From Eremomyces bilateralis CBS 781.70 (Eukaryota), in NCBI GenBank assembly GCA_010015585.1, contig ML975162.1: 64,000 nt of DNA. One strand, 5' to 3'. Position 1 is the stretch's first letter, and each line of letters opens with the position of its first letter. Both the position numbers and the translations under genes were made by a program. Under the pieces are notes generated by a model. That model saw only the letters and a list, made by a program, of their open reading frames with translations. It made no database searches and had not been told where the DNA came from. Positions 1-13,505 of this stretch are shown one piece after another.

Positions 1-57
1 TGCGCCCTTCTTCTTGGCGATCTGCTTTTGCACTTTGTTCAGACTTTTCGGCGGCAT
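1..57 (-). CDS. TMA16: 5' end of a probable translation machinery-associated protein 16 (runs off the window edge)
   Basis: The reverse strand from the ATG at 57 reads MPPKSLNKVQKQIAKKKGA, which resembles the basic N-terminus of fungal Tma16. Only 19 codons are visible. Confidence 0.6.
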   Translation of the reverse strand, partial: MPPKSLNKVQKQIAKKKGA

Positions 58-873
58 TGTTGTGGGATTATTTTTGGTAAACTTGGTTGAACAAAGAAAA
101 TTCACATTTCCGTTTGTTGGGTTGATGTTGTGAAATTACAGGGATCTTCCGGTTAGCGTGCCTTATCGATAGAACTCCCCAGAGCAGTGCCCAAGGGCCA
201 AGGCCCAGTGCCCCTCAGGCTCAATAAGCCATCTCACTTAACGGCGTAGGGAGGTTCCTCGCGATAGATTTCAGACAGTTCAAGTCAACCTTTGGTAGCT
301 TCTGGAGTAAATCCAGGTTTAAGCGTCTCAGTCTAGGCGCAAAGCGCGGTATGTCCCCATATCCTCCGTGATAGATAGCGAAACTCATGAGTGGCCGAGT
401 TAATGTGAGAGGGAAAGTCATGAGCGTCAACACACCTCTCATATGGTCAAGGGCCACACCGTCAAGGTTAAGCTTTCCAACTTAACTATTTAAAGCGAGG
501 ACGCAAAAGATTAGAGAATGGTGCAGCTCCGCAGTGTCCTGCAAGTTCGGGCAGCAGGGGCCAGGGGTGGCCGAGCGATGTGCGGGGACTAGCGTGGGCA
601 ACAGGTAGCCACTAAGCCGCCTAACCATAGCCGTGGAGAGTTGCAGGTTCCTTAACCACCGCTGGATGCTCCATGAGATCCATTTCCGAGGCTCGTAATC
701 CGATGGAAGAAGTTCATGGATGGGTCGCTTGATATTTGAATAGGGTGGTGTGTAACGTAACCTGAGCAAGATGTGCCGAACATATCTGCAATGCCGTATC
801 CCGAGAATTCGGCTGGCGGACATCTGGGGATGACCAGGGTGCGTCAGTGAGCGAGGCTGTTGTTGTATGTCAT

Positions 874-879
874 CCTCGG
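874..879 (+). promoter_or_regulatory. FarA/FarB-type fatty-acid response element (CCTCGG) upstream of FOX2
   Basis: CCTCGG lies about 127 bp upstream of the FOX2 ATG, with a second copy in reverse orientation (CCGAGG) at 686-691. This is the known core motif in promoters of fungal beta-oxidation genes. Confidence 0.55.
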
Positions 880-1005
880 TTCTTCCCCGCATATTCGACC
901 CCGAACTGCAACCTGCTATTATAACTAGGCGATGCTTATGAGCGTCGCAATAGAGAAGTTTCCAATGACAATTCACACTGTGGAAAAATCAAACCAGTAG
1001 TAACC

Positions 1006-4000
1006 ATGCCAGAACTACGTTATGACGGACAGGTGGTGGTTGTTACCGGTGCAGGGGCTGGACTGGGGAAGCAATACGCCAAGTTCTTTGGGTCAAGAGG
1101 TGCAAAGGTGGTGGTGAACGACCTGGGCGGGACGTTTAATGGAGAAGTTGGGAATGATCAACGGGTATGTCGCTCAACTAAAGCCATTGTTAATCTCACC
1201 TGAACTATTGTGTAGGTCGCTGCCCAAGTTGCCGACGAGATCAAGGCCGCTGGCGGTATCGCAGTGCCAGACTTCAACAACGTCGAACAGGGAGAAAAGA
1301 TAATCGAGACTGCCATTGGGAATTTCGGACGGATCGATGTCCTCATTAACAATGCAGGCATTCTTCGAGATATCACGCTTAAGAACATGACGGACAAGGA
1401 CTGGGACCTGATCCACGCGGTGCATCTGCATGGCGCGTACAAAACGGCGCGAGCAGCGTGGCCGCATTTCCGAAAGCAGCGATATGGTCGAATCATCAAC
1501 ACGTCGTCGGCTTCCGGACTCTTCGGCAACTTCGGCCAATCGAACTATGCCTGTAAGTTTCAGGTGGGATAGAACAACGACTGTGTTATTAGTGTACTGA
1601 CCTATTCTAGCTGCTAAAGTCGCCTTGGTTGGCTTCACAGAGACATTGGCTAAGGAGGGCGCCAAGTACAATATCGTAGCGAATGTCCTCGTTCCCGGCG
1701 CAGCCAGTCGACTGACGCAAACGGTGTGGACTCCCGAGATGATGGAGGTCATGAAGCCGGACTGGGTGGTCCCCATTGTGGCTGTCCTCGTCCACTCATC
1801 GAACAGGGAAACCGGAGCCATCTTCGAGGCTGCAGCGGGCCACTTCTCGAAGATTCGCTGGGAGCGGTCGGGCGGATTGTTGCTGCGCCCAGATGACACC
1901 ATGACCGCCGGAGCCGTGTTGAACGGCTGGGATAAGATCCACGATTTTTCGAAGCCTGAATACGGAAGCGGCATTGGGGACAGCATTGGCACCCTTGAGA
2001 GGGCCATGAAGCTTCCTCCGAGCCCTCCTGCTGAAAACATCACCTTCAAGAATAGGGTTGTGCTCGTGACTGGTGGCGGCGAAGGGCTGGGTCGGGCGTA
2101 CTGCCACATGTTCGCAAGGCTCGGCGCTAAAGTTGCAGTGAACGATGTCGTCAATGCCGACCTTGTCACAAGCAATATTCGCAAGGCAGGTGGTGAAGCG
2201 ACTGCGATTCCAATCTCGGTGGAGGATGGCGAGGCCGTCGTTAACGCTGTGCTCAAAGCATACGGTCGTATCGATATCCTGATCAACAATGCCGGTATCC
2301 TTGGGGACCGCGCGTTCATCAACATGACGGAAAAGCAATGGTTCGATGTGTACAGTGTCCACTTGCGCGGAACGTACAAGGTGACGAGAGCTGCCTGGCC
2401 ACACATGATCAAACAGAAGTTTGGCCGAGTCGTCAACACTACTTCAACTGTTGGGATATACGGCAATTTTGGGCAAGCGAACTACTCCGCTGCGGTGAGT
2501 TGGATCCATTGAATTGACGGAAGGAAGAGACTGACCCGAGCGCAGAAATCCGGAATCATTGGATTTACCAAGAGCATTGCACGAGAGGGGGCCAAGTACA
2601 ACATTCACGTCAATGCCATTGCGCCAAGTGCTGGCACAAACATGACGAGGACTGTGAGGCCTGAGGAGGAAGTCCAGCTGCTGAAGCCTGAATACGTTGC
2701 CCCTCTTGTTGCGGCCCTCAGCGCTGACCGCATTCCAACCGCCCCAGGAAAGCTGTATGAGGTGGGCTCGGGCTTTTTCACCAACACCCGCTGGCAACGC
2801 GCTCGAGGTGTCGATTTCCCCCACGACCAGGGAGTCCCATCAGCTGAAGCTGTCCTGGAGGTCAGTCAAGAATTGTCTTGCTTTATACAGATTGGACAAT
2901 GCAATATAAGCTAACCTGACGCAGGCGTTCAAGGAGATCTGCAATTTTGACAACGGCCAAGCTGACAATCCGGAAGACCCTGCAGAGGGTAGCAAGTATA
3001 GCATGGCAAATATCATGAAAAGTGCCGAAAAGGTGAGTAACAATCCACAGCTAGCCTTGCAATTGGACAAAGATTTCTGACATTTCTTAGGGCAAGTCGC
3101 TCGAAACAACTGCTGAAGATCGGGAGAAGAGAAGGTACCTGTCAAAGGTCAATGCAGCAATCGGAGTCGAGAGTGAGGCATCTGTCTACTCGTATGACAA
3201 CAAAGAGGTCATCCTATATAACCTTGGCCTCGGGGCCAAGAGGGCCGAACTTCCATTGGTGTACGAGGGCGACAAGAACTTCCAAGTCCTGCCAACGTTC
3301 GGCATCATCCCGACATACTTCTCCAAATCCTCGTTCAATTTGAAGGACATCGTGCCCAATTTCGACATGAGGATGCTCCTGCACGGTGAGCAGTATATGG
3401 AGGTCCTCAAATTTCCAATCCCAACCAGCGGAAAGCTGATCACCAAGACTTCGCTCCTGGAGGTGGTTGACAAAGGCAACGCCGCTCTCGTCAAACGGGC
3501 CTTCAAGACTGTCAACGAGGCCGGCGAACCGATTTTCTACAATGAGAACGTCGCTTTCATCCGTGGCTCGGGAGGGTTCGGTGGTTCGAGAACCCCAGCA
3601 GATAGAGGCGCATCTACGGCTGCGAATGTCCCTCCGAAACGCGCACCAGACACTGTCATCGAGGAGACAATCTCCGAAGAGGCGGCGGCGATCTATCGAC
3701 TCTCCGGTGATCTCAACCCGCTCCACATCGATCCTGTTTTCTCTTCTGCCGGTGGGTTTAAAGTTCCCATCCTTCATGGACTGGCAAGCTTTGGTATCAG
3801 TGGGAAACACGTGTATAGCACGTACGGGCCTTTCCGAAACATCAAAGTCCGTTTCGCCGGTACCGTCCTCCCTGGTCAGACGCTCGTTACGAAGATGTGG
3901 AAAGAAGGAAACAAGGTCATCTACCAGGTTGAGGTTAAGGATACTGGGAAAGTCTGCATCTCCAATGCTGCGGTGGAACTATTGGGAGGCCACAAGGCAT

Positions 4001-4008
4001 CGTTGTAG
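1006..4008 (+). CDS. FOX2: Peroxisomal multifunctional beta-oxidation protein (two SDR dehydrogenase domains plus MaoC-type hydratase 2), multi-exon
   Basis: Two SDR domains ([26 protein letters not shown]; GNFGQxNY) are followed by hydratase-2 motifs [14 protein letters not shown] and [12 protein letters not shown] introns lie near 1165-1216, 1553-1610, 2495-2546, 2861-2924 and 3033-3090. Confidence 0.97.
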
Positions 4009-4184
4009 ACATTCCGTAGGATTTCTGTATAGCGACTTTTGCTTTCTTGAGTAAGAGTTATATGAGATCGTAGTGCAGGTTGCAAAAGCGTATTTACATC
4101 CGTAATTCGGTACCTTAATTGTTGAATGAAGTCAATCTGATCCATTCTGTTGATATGACGATTGATGAAACGTTAATTGAACTG

Positions 4185-4351
4185 CACGTGATCAGAAGCT
4201 GAAGTCATTTGACCCATAAATTTGATCACGTGACAGACGCGAAACCGCGTTTGCCAAGACTGGTGTTCAACACGACAACTGGGGGTCGTCGCGACTTGAT
4301 AATTCCTTCTGCAGTATTGCCTTGGGTTTTGCGCATCTATTGACCGCGAAA
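4185..4351. promoter_or_regulatory. Cluster of CACGTG E-boxes and MCB/SCB-like CGCG elements upstream of SMC6
   Basis: CACGTG at 4185-4190, TCACGTGA at 4226-4233, ACGCGAAA at 4237-4244, CCGCGT at 4245-4250 and CGCGAAA at 4345-4351. CGCG-core elements are typical of G1/S and DNA-repair gene promoters. Confidence 0.45.
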
Positions 4352-4394
4352 CCGGATATCGCAAAGAGCTGATGTAGCAGAAGAACATATCTAA

Positions 4395-7300
4395 ATGCCG
4401 TACATTGCAAGCTCCAAGCGGTCAAGAACCGACGGCGACGAGAACGAAGACATCCTGTCGGAGTCTGCTGCGCCAAGTTTCCGCCAGGAACCAGTACGTA
4501 TATGTCCTATTGCAGCATTTGAGATCAGAGACTCATATACATATCAGCGTAAACGAGTTCGATTATCGCAACAGCCCGAAGACGACGATGAGTCGAGCGA
4601 CGGCAGCGCCTTGGTGGTTGATCTTTCTACCGACGGCGAAGAGGACTCCGTACTCGGAGACCAGGAATCGAACCAAGCATCCCACGATCCGGTCGGCGAC
4701 CACCTCGTGAATACCCCTGCAGAATGTGGAATCATCGAAGAGGTGTCCTGCACCAACTTCATGTGCCATTCACGCCTGGAAGTTAAGTTGGGACCGCTTA
4801 TCAACTTCATCATTGGGCACAATGGAAGTGGGAAAAGCGCGGTGCTCACAGCATTAACTTTATGTCTCGGCGGCAAAGCAGCTTCGACAAATCGTGGGCA
4901 GAGTTTAAAAGCGTTCATTAAAGAGGGTCAAGAGTAAGTATTTCATCAACTCTGCGCAGGAGCTGTTACTCAACTGTCAAGGAACGCCACTCTTGCCGTC
5001 AAACTCAAGAATCAAGGCCCTGGCGCATACAAACACGATGTGTACGGGAAGTCGATTATCGTAGAACGACAATTCAGCAAGTCTGGCTCGAGCGGGTTTC
5101 GAATCAAGAGCGCTCAAGGCAAAATCATTTCTACGAAGAAGAAGGACCTAGAGGATATCACTGATGCCTTTTGTTTGCAGCTTGACAATCCCATGATGGT
5201 CTTGACGCAGGACATGGCAAGGCAGTTTCTCAGCTCATCTACACCATCGGACAAGTATAAGTTTTTCTACAAGGGGACTCAGCTGGAGACACTCGACCAC
5301 GACTACAAGCTCATTGCGGAGAAGATTGATTTGATCGAGCATCAGATGGAGCTCAAAGAACAGGATTTGGGCGTTCTGAAGCGGAGGTACCAGGATGCCA
5401 AGAAACAATCGGAGCGTGCTGAAGCTATGCGAAGCATCGGCGATAAGATACGCGAGAATAGCCGCAAACTTGCCTGGTGTCAAGTTGTCGAACAAGAAAA
5501 TCTCTTGGCAGAACATGAGAGGAAGCTCGAGACCAACATGGAAAAGATCGAGTCCCTTCGCGAATCGCAAGAAGCAATGTCCGTTGTCTACGAACAAGAA
5601 GATGAGAAGGCCACCGATTGCCACAACACAATTGTGAGTCTACGCGACAGCAAGCAGCCTCATGAAGACGAGCGGAAGAAGTGGAAAGAGGCATCCGACG
5701 AGAACAGCTCCGATCTCACCGACGCATTAGGGCAAGAGCGAGACGTTCATGGCGAGCGGGAAAGCGCCCGCAAGGGTGTCGCAAAGTGTCGTCAGGACAT
5801 CGAGGCAGAAAAACGACGTATTGAAATGGTCGATGGAGGAGAACACGCCCGCAAACAAGAAGAGCTGGTCGAGGTGAAGGCCAAGTTGCAGCGGGCAATT
5901 CAGGAGCTGGATCAGAATAAGAAAGATCTGGCCGACCTTCGTGAAAACGATAAAAGCGCAGTGAATGACGTTAGAGCCGCTGAGGATCGGCTCCGCGAAA
6001 AGGAAGGGGAGATCAAGATGAAGGAACGCCAGATTAATGACCTAGGCAATCAAGAGCGCCAGTGGATGGATGCATACCCACGAGGGTTGCAGCAGTTGCT
6101 ACGGCTGATCCAGAATGACCGAAGATTCCGCGAACGTCCCGTTGGACCTATTGGCAGCCATGTCCGACTGAAAGATCCCAAATGGTCTTCCGTTCTGGAA
6201 CGCTTCTTTGGGGGTGTCCTGAACAACTTTGTGGTGACCTCACCGGCCGATCGACGAGTGCTGGCGGAACTTATGACCAAAGCTGGCTACAATTTCCCGA
6301 TCATCATTGGCAATGGTGACCCGTCCATCATGGAAAAGGTTTCGCGGAACGAGCCAGCTCCGCACATCCTGACCATCATGCGTGTGCTCGAGATTGACAA
6401 CGATTTGGTCCGCAACCAACTGATTATCAACCAGTCGATTGAACATACCGCCCTTGCCGAAAACATCCCAGCCGGAACGAAGCTGATGACGTCGGACAAG
6501 CCAGCTAAAGTCAAGCGCTGCCTTTCGCTGAATGAGCACAGACGAGGTTTCGGTCAAATGCTTTCGCTTACTCAAGCTGGTGGGCACACGTCTGGGCCTG
6601 TCAACGTATGGAGAGATGCGCCCCGAATGTTAGGTGAGGTTGATGCGCAACTTGATATTGAACGGGAAGCCCTTCAAGCGCTGAAATCCGAATTCTCGGA
6701 TTTGCAGAACGACAAGCGATCGGAAACCCGCAAGCTAGAAGAATGCCGAAAAGATATACGGAACCTCACCCATCGTGGAAGAGGTTTACTTGTTGCCCAA
6801 CAGCGTGCTGAAGGAGACGTGGAATCGTTAGAAAACCAGATTACGGACAGCACCCCTGAGCAAGGAAAGATCAATAGCCTCGAGGACTTCTTGGCATCCA
6901 AAGAGAAGGAGCTAGATGTGCTCGAGAGGACGTTCGCCCAGTTTGCGGAGACAATCAAAGGTCTCAAAGCCAAACAAGCGGATATCGACCAGCACAGCAA
7001 GGAGGCTCAGAAAGAAATTGCTACCATCGATTCCAATATCAGCCGATTGGAGGTGAAAGAGGACAAGCTCAAGCACAAGCGGCAACAAGCTCTCTTTCAG
7101 AAGAACGAGGCCATTGCGAAAGTGGCAGATGCCAATGTAGAATCCGAATTGATCAAGGAAAATATCGAGAAGCAGCGTGGCACGGTTGAGGAATTCATCG
7201 AAGGGGCCTCGAATATCTCCGCGCGGGTCGCAATCGAGCCAAACGAGACACACAGATTTCTTGAGTCGAAGCATGAGAGACTTTTGAAAGAGCAGGCCGA

Positions 7301-8179
7301 CAGTACTAGAGAGTAAGTCTGATTTATATGGTTTCGATTGTGTCTAAACGCTGACCGCTTCCAGGCTCGGAGGGACAGTGGAAGAACTCGAACAAAAGGC
7401 CTTCGACGCCAAGATGCTGTTAGTGATGGCAAGGAATCAGCAGGCGAACCTCGAACATGCCGCTCAGATGCTGAAGAACGCGCTCGTCAATCGCCGTCTC
7501 CGATGGCAGCAGTTCCGGAAGATCATCACCGTTCGAGCTAGGGGCGATTTCAGAATGAAACTCGCCGAGCGCAAATTCAGAGGCGATATGATCATCAGCC
7601 ATACCAAGCACGAGCTGGACATCAGGGTAAGCTTGTCCTTTGTATCGCTAGGTTGACAAGGGCTGATGTGGTACACAAGGTCGAACCGGACATGACTCGA
7701 GGGCAGTCTCATGGCCGTCAAACCAAAACTCTTTCGGGTGGAGAAAAGTCGTTTTCGACGATTTGCCTGCTGCTTGCTCTATGGGATGCGATGGGGTCCA
7801 AGATTCGTTGTCTGGATGAATTGTAAGATATCGCCCTCGCGCGGCCTTCAAAGCATACTAATTCCATGGCAGCGACGTTTTTATGGACAGCGTCAATCGA
7901 TCCGCCAGTGTATCGATGATGGTAAGTAATTATGTTAGCGATCTTCCGATTGAATGCTTGCTGACCTGAACAGATATCTGCCGCTCGGGATTCAGTGAGC
8001 CGACAGTTCATACTGATCACCCCGCAGGCCATGGGGAATGTGGAGCTGAAGAGCGACGTCAAGGTGATCAAGTACGTATCCCCCGTTTTATATTCTTTTG
8101 AACCTTTGCTGACGTGGAACACAGGATGAGCGACCCCGAACGAGGACAGACGACCCTGAACTTCGGACGACAGAATTGA
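4395..8179 (+). CDS. SMC6: Structural maintenance of chromosomes protein 6, multi-exon
   Basis: NFMCH, Walker [33 protein letters not shown], long coiled coils, hinge PVGPIG, signature LSGGEKSF and Walker B CLDEF|DVFMD split by short introns. Stop TGA at 8177-8179. Confidence 0.96.
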
Positions 8180-9246
8180 TGCCAGGGCTGACTTCATCGG
8201 GTCCCTCGATACAAGAACGACTCGTTCGGCTGTCCATCGGGAATATAATATTCCTTGCCTTGTTGTGATACCTGCATAATGTCTTCCTGGTGGTCTAGAT
8301 GGCCTGGGCCTTGCCAATGTTTCCACGCTGCGTTTAAGGTCGATGGACTAACAGGGACCCAAGCAACGACAGTGAATACCGGAGAGTGGATCAACAATCA
8401 ACGCTGTCATACACGGAATATTCATGCTGTCCTACAAGAAGTTATGTCCTACGAGGAGTTATCATGCACTTTGTAGTGGGAACTACGGAAGCGCATTGTA
8501 TCATTCTTGAGCCTTTCATTGCCCATTCTGGTTGATGTCCGGATAGTCGACCAAGAGAACAATGAGCAGCAGGACAAGAAGCAGTCATTCTGCATTCACT
8601 CATTCAAGATCGTACCACCATCCAGCACCGGAAATTCCAATGCTTGTACTACGACCAATTCCTGTAAAATCGAAGGGTTGATGTAACTATTAACCATTGA
8701 CCAAACCATTCACAGCTTCGTGATACCGGTAACTCCAAGTGATTGAAGGGGGAGATGTTGGCTCATGGCTGGGCTTTGCTCGAGGTATTCGTGACGTCAG
8801 GCATCAACAGCCGCTCCCACGACGCGCCAAACATCACGACAGAACGACGACGACCTTCTATTGCCCATTTCATCAATCCGCATCCCTTCGATTGCCCTCG
8901 AATTCTATCCTATCCTTCATTTTCTTACCCTTCATAGATTGCATTGCGCTGATCTTCCCCACTCAGGCCTCAGCGGCTCAGCGCCTCAGCCATTAAAAGC
9001 CCGCACGAGCCATCGTCACGACCACGAGCTAAACATCATTGCTGTGCTTGGCTGCGACGCCGCGTAGGCAATCCAAGCCGCAGCAACTAATAATAATCCT
9101 CACGTCCGACGCTCTTTAAGACCCTAACGGTCAGCTCTCCTCTATTCTATTCTCACTTTCTTCAACCTAAAAGGTCAAATATCCTATCCTGTCTCCTAGT
9201 TGTCCGATCCTCGCGACCCGCATCGCGCCGCCGTGTCGCATCCATC

Positions 9247-11904
9247 ATGGCTTCCCAGCCCGGTCCCTCAACCGGCGACCCATATCACTCGGTCCCAATT
9301 CCCACCAACCCTTCATTCCTCGACAAAGGATACGGTCTGCCGACCACCTCCGGATATCCACCGCCGCCGAGCGACTATACAACCACGCTCGGGAATCCAA
9401 CCGAGGCGTCTCCTTTGTCCCGTTCGATGCACCAAACTAGCCGCTTCAACGAAGGCTTCGACACCCCTTCGCGCACTAACTCCGTAATGAGCCATTCGAT
9501 GTCCCCGGATCTGTACCGGTCGTCGTCGCGAGCATCCAACGCGAGCCAGGGCGCGCTGCCGTCGCGGGGCAATACGATCAAGAAGCAGGCGTCAGTGCGC
9601 CGGAAGTCGAGTCTCAAGAGGAAAGGAAGCAGGCGGAGTATTCATGCGGGGAGTATCAAGGGATATAGCCCGACGGATGACGCACCGGGGGAGTCGACGG
9701 GATTGACGAATAGCGCATTTCATACGCCGGTTCCGACTTCAGGATCGCCGACAGATATCCTTGCGAACCGGTTTCAAGGTAAGGGGAAAGGAATGGTTGG
9801 TTTGAATAGCGGCTGACGCATTCGACAGCATGGCGCAAGTTCTTGAAAGATCTAATCACGTACTTCCGCGAACTCCAAAATTCCTACGACCAGCGCGCGA
9901 AGGCGTTGTTAAAAGTCTCGAGCGTCATTAACAACGTCAATGCGCCGTCCGTGTTTCTAACCGACGGCGGGATCAATGACGCCAATCGGATCCTGCGCGA
10001 CTACCATAAACAAGCGTTGGTGGAGTCGAACAAGGCCCGGGACATGGAAAACGAAGTCATCGCGCAGCTCAGCGGACTCCGCGCCGATCTGTCGCAAAAG
10101 ATCAAAGAGATCAAATCTCTGGCTGGCGACTTTAAGAATTCGGTGGACAAAGAGAAAGATCAAACGAGGAAGGTGGTCACGGTACTCGAGGAAGCCCTCG
10201 CGGCTGTCGATACGGATCCGTCCTCTGTAGTCGGCAAAGATGATCCGTTTGTGATTCGGTTGCGAGTCGATAGACAGGTTGAGCGACAGATTGATGAGGA
10301 GAATTACCTCCACAGGGTAGGTTTACGGTTCTACATCAGCTGGGATTGCCGCTAATCGATGGTAGGCATATTTGAACTTGGAGGGTTCAGGACGGGAGCT
10401 GGAGTCCATTGTTGTCGGCGAAATCCAGAAAGCATATAATGCGCTGGCTAGTATTCTGAAGCGGGATGCCGATGAATCCTACTCTACCGTCGACCTGCTC
10501 CGCTCGGGTCCGATCGCGATGCCAAAAGAGTACGAGTGGACGACATTTATCGGCCGTGATCCACACTTTATCAGCCCAGATCTCCCTCTGAGGCGGATTG
10601 AAGAGATCGAGTATCCTGGGAAGCATCACCCTGCCGCTACGGAAGTTCGCGCTGGCATGTTGGAACGGAAGAGCAAATACCTGAAAAGTTACACACCTGG
10701 ATGGTATGTTACACGTTACTGATAACCTGTCCGTCATTGGCTTACATTTTCCAGGTATGTGCTGTCACCTACGCATATCCATGAATTCAAATCGGCCGAC
10801 CGTATCTACTCCCAACCTCCGGTCATGTCGCTCTACCTTCCCGACCAAAAAGTCGGCTCGCATTCCCAACCGGAATCCTCATCGCACAAATTCATCCTCA
10901 AAGGGCGCCAAACCGGAGCCATGCACCGCGGTCACACCTGGGTGTTCCGCGCCGAATCGCACGAGACCATGCTCGCCTGGTACGAAGACATCAAAGCCCT
11001 CACCGAACGCTCCGGCGAATCCCGCAACGCCTACGTCCGCCGCCACGCCCGCAGCATCAGCGCCGGCAGCGCCCGATCCATCAGCGGCGACAGCGCGCTC
11101 GAAGAAGACGAAGCCGACGAGGTGCCATACTCCGCCAACTCATCGACGCTGTCCAACCCCCGGGTCGCCGAGCACGATCCGAAGACAGAGCGCGGACCGC
11201 CGCGACCGCAACCAGGTGGGCGATTCCCGTCTGATGTCAAGATCACACCGCACTTACACGCCCCGCTTTCGGCATCTAGTGGGAGCTCCGAGATCGACCA
11301 TGACCTGAGCGCGATGGCCGGTGGCCTCCACGAAGCCAGCCTGGCCCACCCGCCGTCTCCTTCGAATCCTGCTCTACAACACGGTCATGCCGCGAGCCCG
11401 ACCCCATCGGGGTACGACGCGTATCACCCGCCCGTCAACCATCAGCAATCGCCGAGCCCGGGCGGGATGCCGAGGATGACCTTGACCGATACCTCATACC
11501 TCCCTCGAAACCCACGCGCCGACCCTCCGAGCGCCGGCTACGCGTCCGAGCAATCGACGAACGCGGCGAATCCAGATAGCTTGCCACACCACCCTTCAAA
11601 CCCCGGCTCGGAACAAAATGGATATCTCACCGGCGGCGCGAGCGCGTTCGGAACTGCATCCGCCCGGTCGATGAACGCGGGCCACGAGCCCCCTCCGCGC
11701 ATCAACCCGGTTTACGCAAACTCCACCGAGCCGCTAATAAGTCCGAGCACGCTTCCTACAACTCCGTCCAACGACTCGATATCGATGATGAAAGGGGTAG
11801 ACGGGACGGATCCGGAAAAGAATTATTTCCGGACGTATAGGACGCATAGGGAGAGCAGTGGTAGTAGTTTTGATCTGCCTGGTGGGTATCCTAGAGGGGG
11901 TTGA
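9247..11904 (+). CDS. SLM1: SLM1-like BAR plus PH domain phosphoinositide-binding protein, 4 exons
   Basis: PTSGSPTDILANRFQ|AWRK, then a coiled/BAR region, GMLERKSKYLKSYTPGW|YVLSPTHIHEFKS and the PH C-terminus HTWVFRAESHETMLAWY. Confidence 0.85.
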
Positions 11905-12182
11905 CGAAGTGAGGCCTGAAGGTGATGGAAACGAGTGTACGATTATTGAAGGGATTATTGTGCGGGAATCGAGCTCCCGTATTTTTGCATGGTTAATGCG
12001 AATTATTGCATGCTTGCGAGTGTCTTTTGGCATTCCTGCCAACGTTCGATGATCGTGCAAGGGGTCCTAGATTATATATCCCCGACCCAGTCATAAACGC
12101 CAAAGGCCCATCCGAACCTCTCCATGTAATGGAGAACACCTAACTCCACTAATTCCATCCCATCCCTAAAATCACCACCGCA

Positions 12183-13165
12183 TCACCGGGCCATTTTCGC
12201 AAACAACCCCTCCCTCCTCCCCCTCAACTCCCCCAACTCCCCCTCCACCCTCCCCACCTCCCTCCTCGCCTCCTCCACCCCCCGAGGCAACCCCTTCCAT
12301 GCCTCCCGCTCCCTCTCCAACCTTTCCACCTCCCCCCTCAACCTTTCCACCTCCCTCTCCCTCTCCACCACCCTCCCCACCACATCCACGCCCACCTCCT
12401 CACCCTTCGCGGGACTCGCGGACCCGAGCCGGTCGGTGTACTCGGCGATCTTGGCGCGAAGGGTCTTCGTGGCGCGGGCGAGGTCGAGGGTCTGGGTGGC
12501 GAGGTCGGGGTGGGGGGTGGGGAGGGTGGATTGGGTGTGCGCGAGGCGGGTGATGGTAGTGTCAGTGAAGGTGGGGAGGAGGGAGGAAGCGGTGGTGGTG
12601 GCGTGGGGTGGGGGCATGGATTTCGAGAGGATGGCGTGGGCGAGGCTAGCTCCGGGTTAGATCGTGGAAAGAGTGGGAGGTTGTAAGGGGAGGGTAGAGA
12701 TGCATACCTTTCAGCATCGTATCCGGTAGCATCGTACTGTACCATCAGTGACGACAGCGACTCCAACATCTGCCTCGACCTCGCATCCATCGCACTCCCC
12801 ACCTCCCCAAGCAACGCATCAATCCAATCCGGTTCGTTCACCTACCGCCCCAATATCAGCTCTATCCTCAAAATAAATCCACAAACACCTCAAACACCCC
12901 CAACCCGCACCTTTTCCCTTAGCTCCTCCACCGCCTCCGCCTCCACCGTCCACACCAACTCCCGCTCCTCATCCGCCCGCTCGCTCGCCCCCATCAGAGC
13001 CAGCAGCGCTTTCAGCGTCGCGTCATTCCGCTCGAACTGCACGGTCCCGAGGCGTCTGGCCGCAAGCCAGGTGTCGATGAAATGCCAGTCTTTGGCTTGG
13101 GCGCGCTGGGCGGCGGCTTTGGAGGGAGAGAAGAAGGCGGACGGGGTGATGGGGGGGAAGTCCAT
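12183..13165 (-). CDS. HAUS1: Probable augmin (HAUS) complex subunit 1-like coiled-coil protein, 3 exons
   Basis: The N-terminus FSPSKAAAQRAQAKDWHFIDTWL...FERNDATLKALLAL...ADEERE and C-terminus WKGLPRGVEEARREV...RREGLF match the remembered HAUS1-family pattern. It joins ORFs 12890-13165, part of 12338-12841 and 12183-12617. Confidence 0.7.
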
Positions 13166-13505
13166 GGTTGGGGTAGGGTGTTTGGAGCTCTTTTTTGAGG
13201 GGCTGGGTTATCCGGTGGCCATTACTTGTATGCTCGGATCTTGGAGGGATTTAATTTCGACTTCTTCTCTCCATTTGCGTCGATGGGAATTGGGAGTCCA
13301 GGCAGTATGGCAATTGATTGTTATTTACTGAGACACTGGGCCGTCTCGTCCGCCGTAATCTTACTACCGTTCACCTTGCGCCTCCAAGCAACCAATTATA
13401 TCGCCGCATTAGAGACATCATGAGCTTGAAATGTGTCGTCAACAACATTAAAGATCATAAATCGAGTTAAAATAATGATAAATTAGCCTCTCGAGCTCTG
13501 TCATC

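Noticed and set aside
1174..2466. 430-aa minus-strand ORF
   Set aside because: Antisense shadow of FOX2. Such open antisense frames are common opposite SDR genes.
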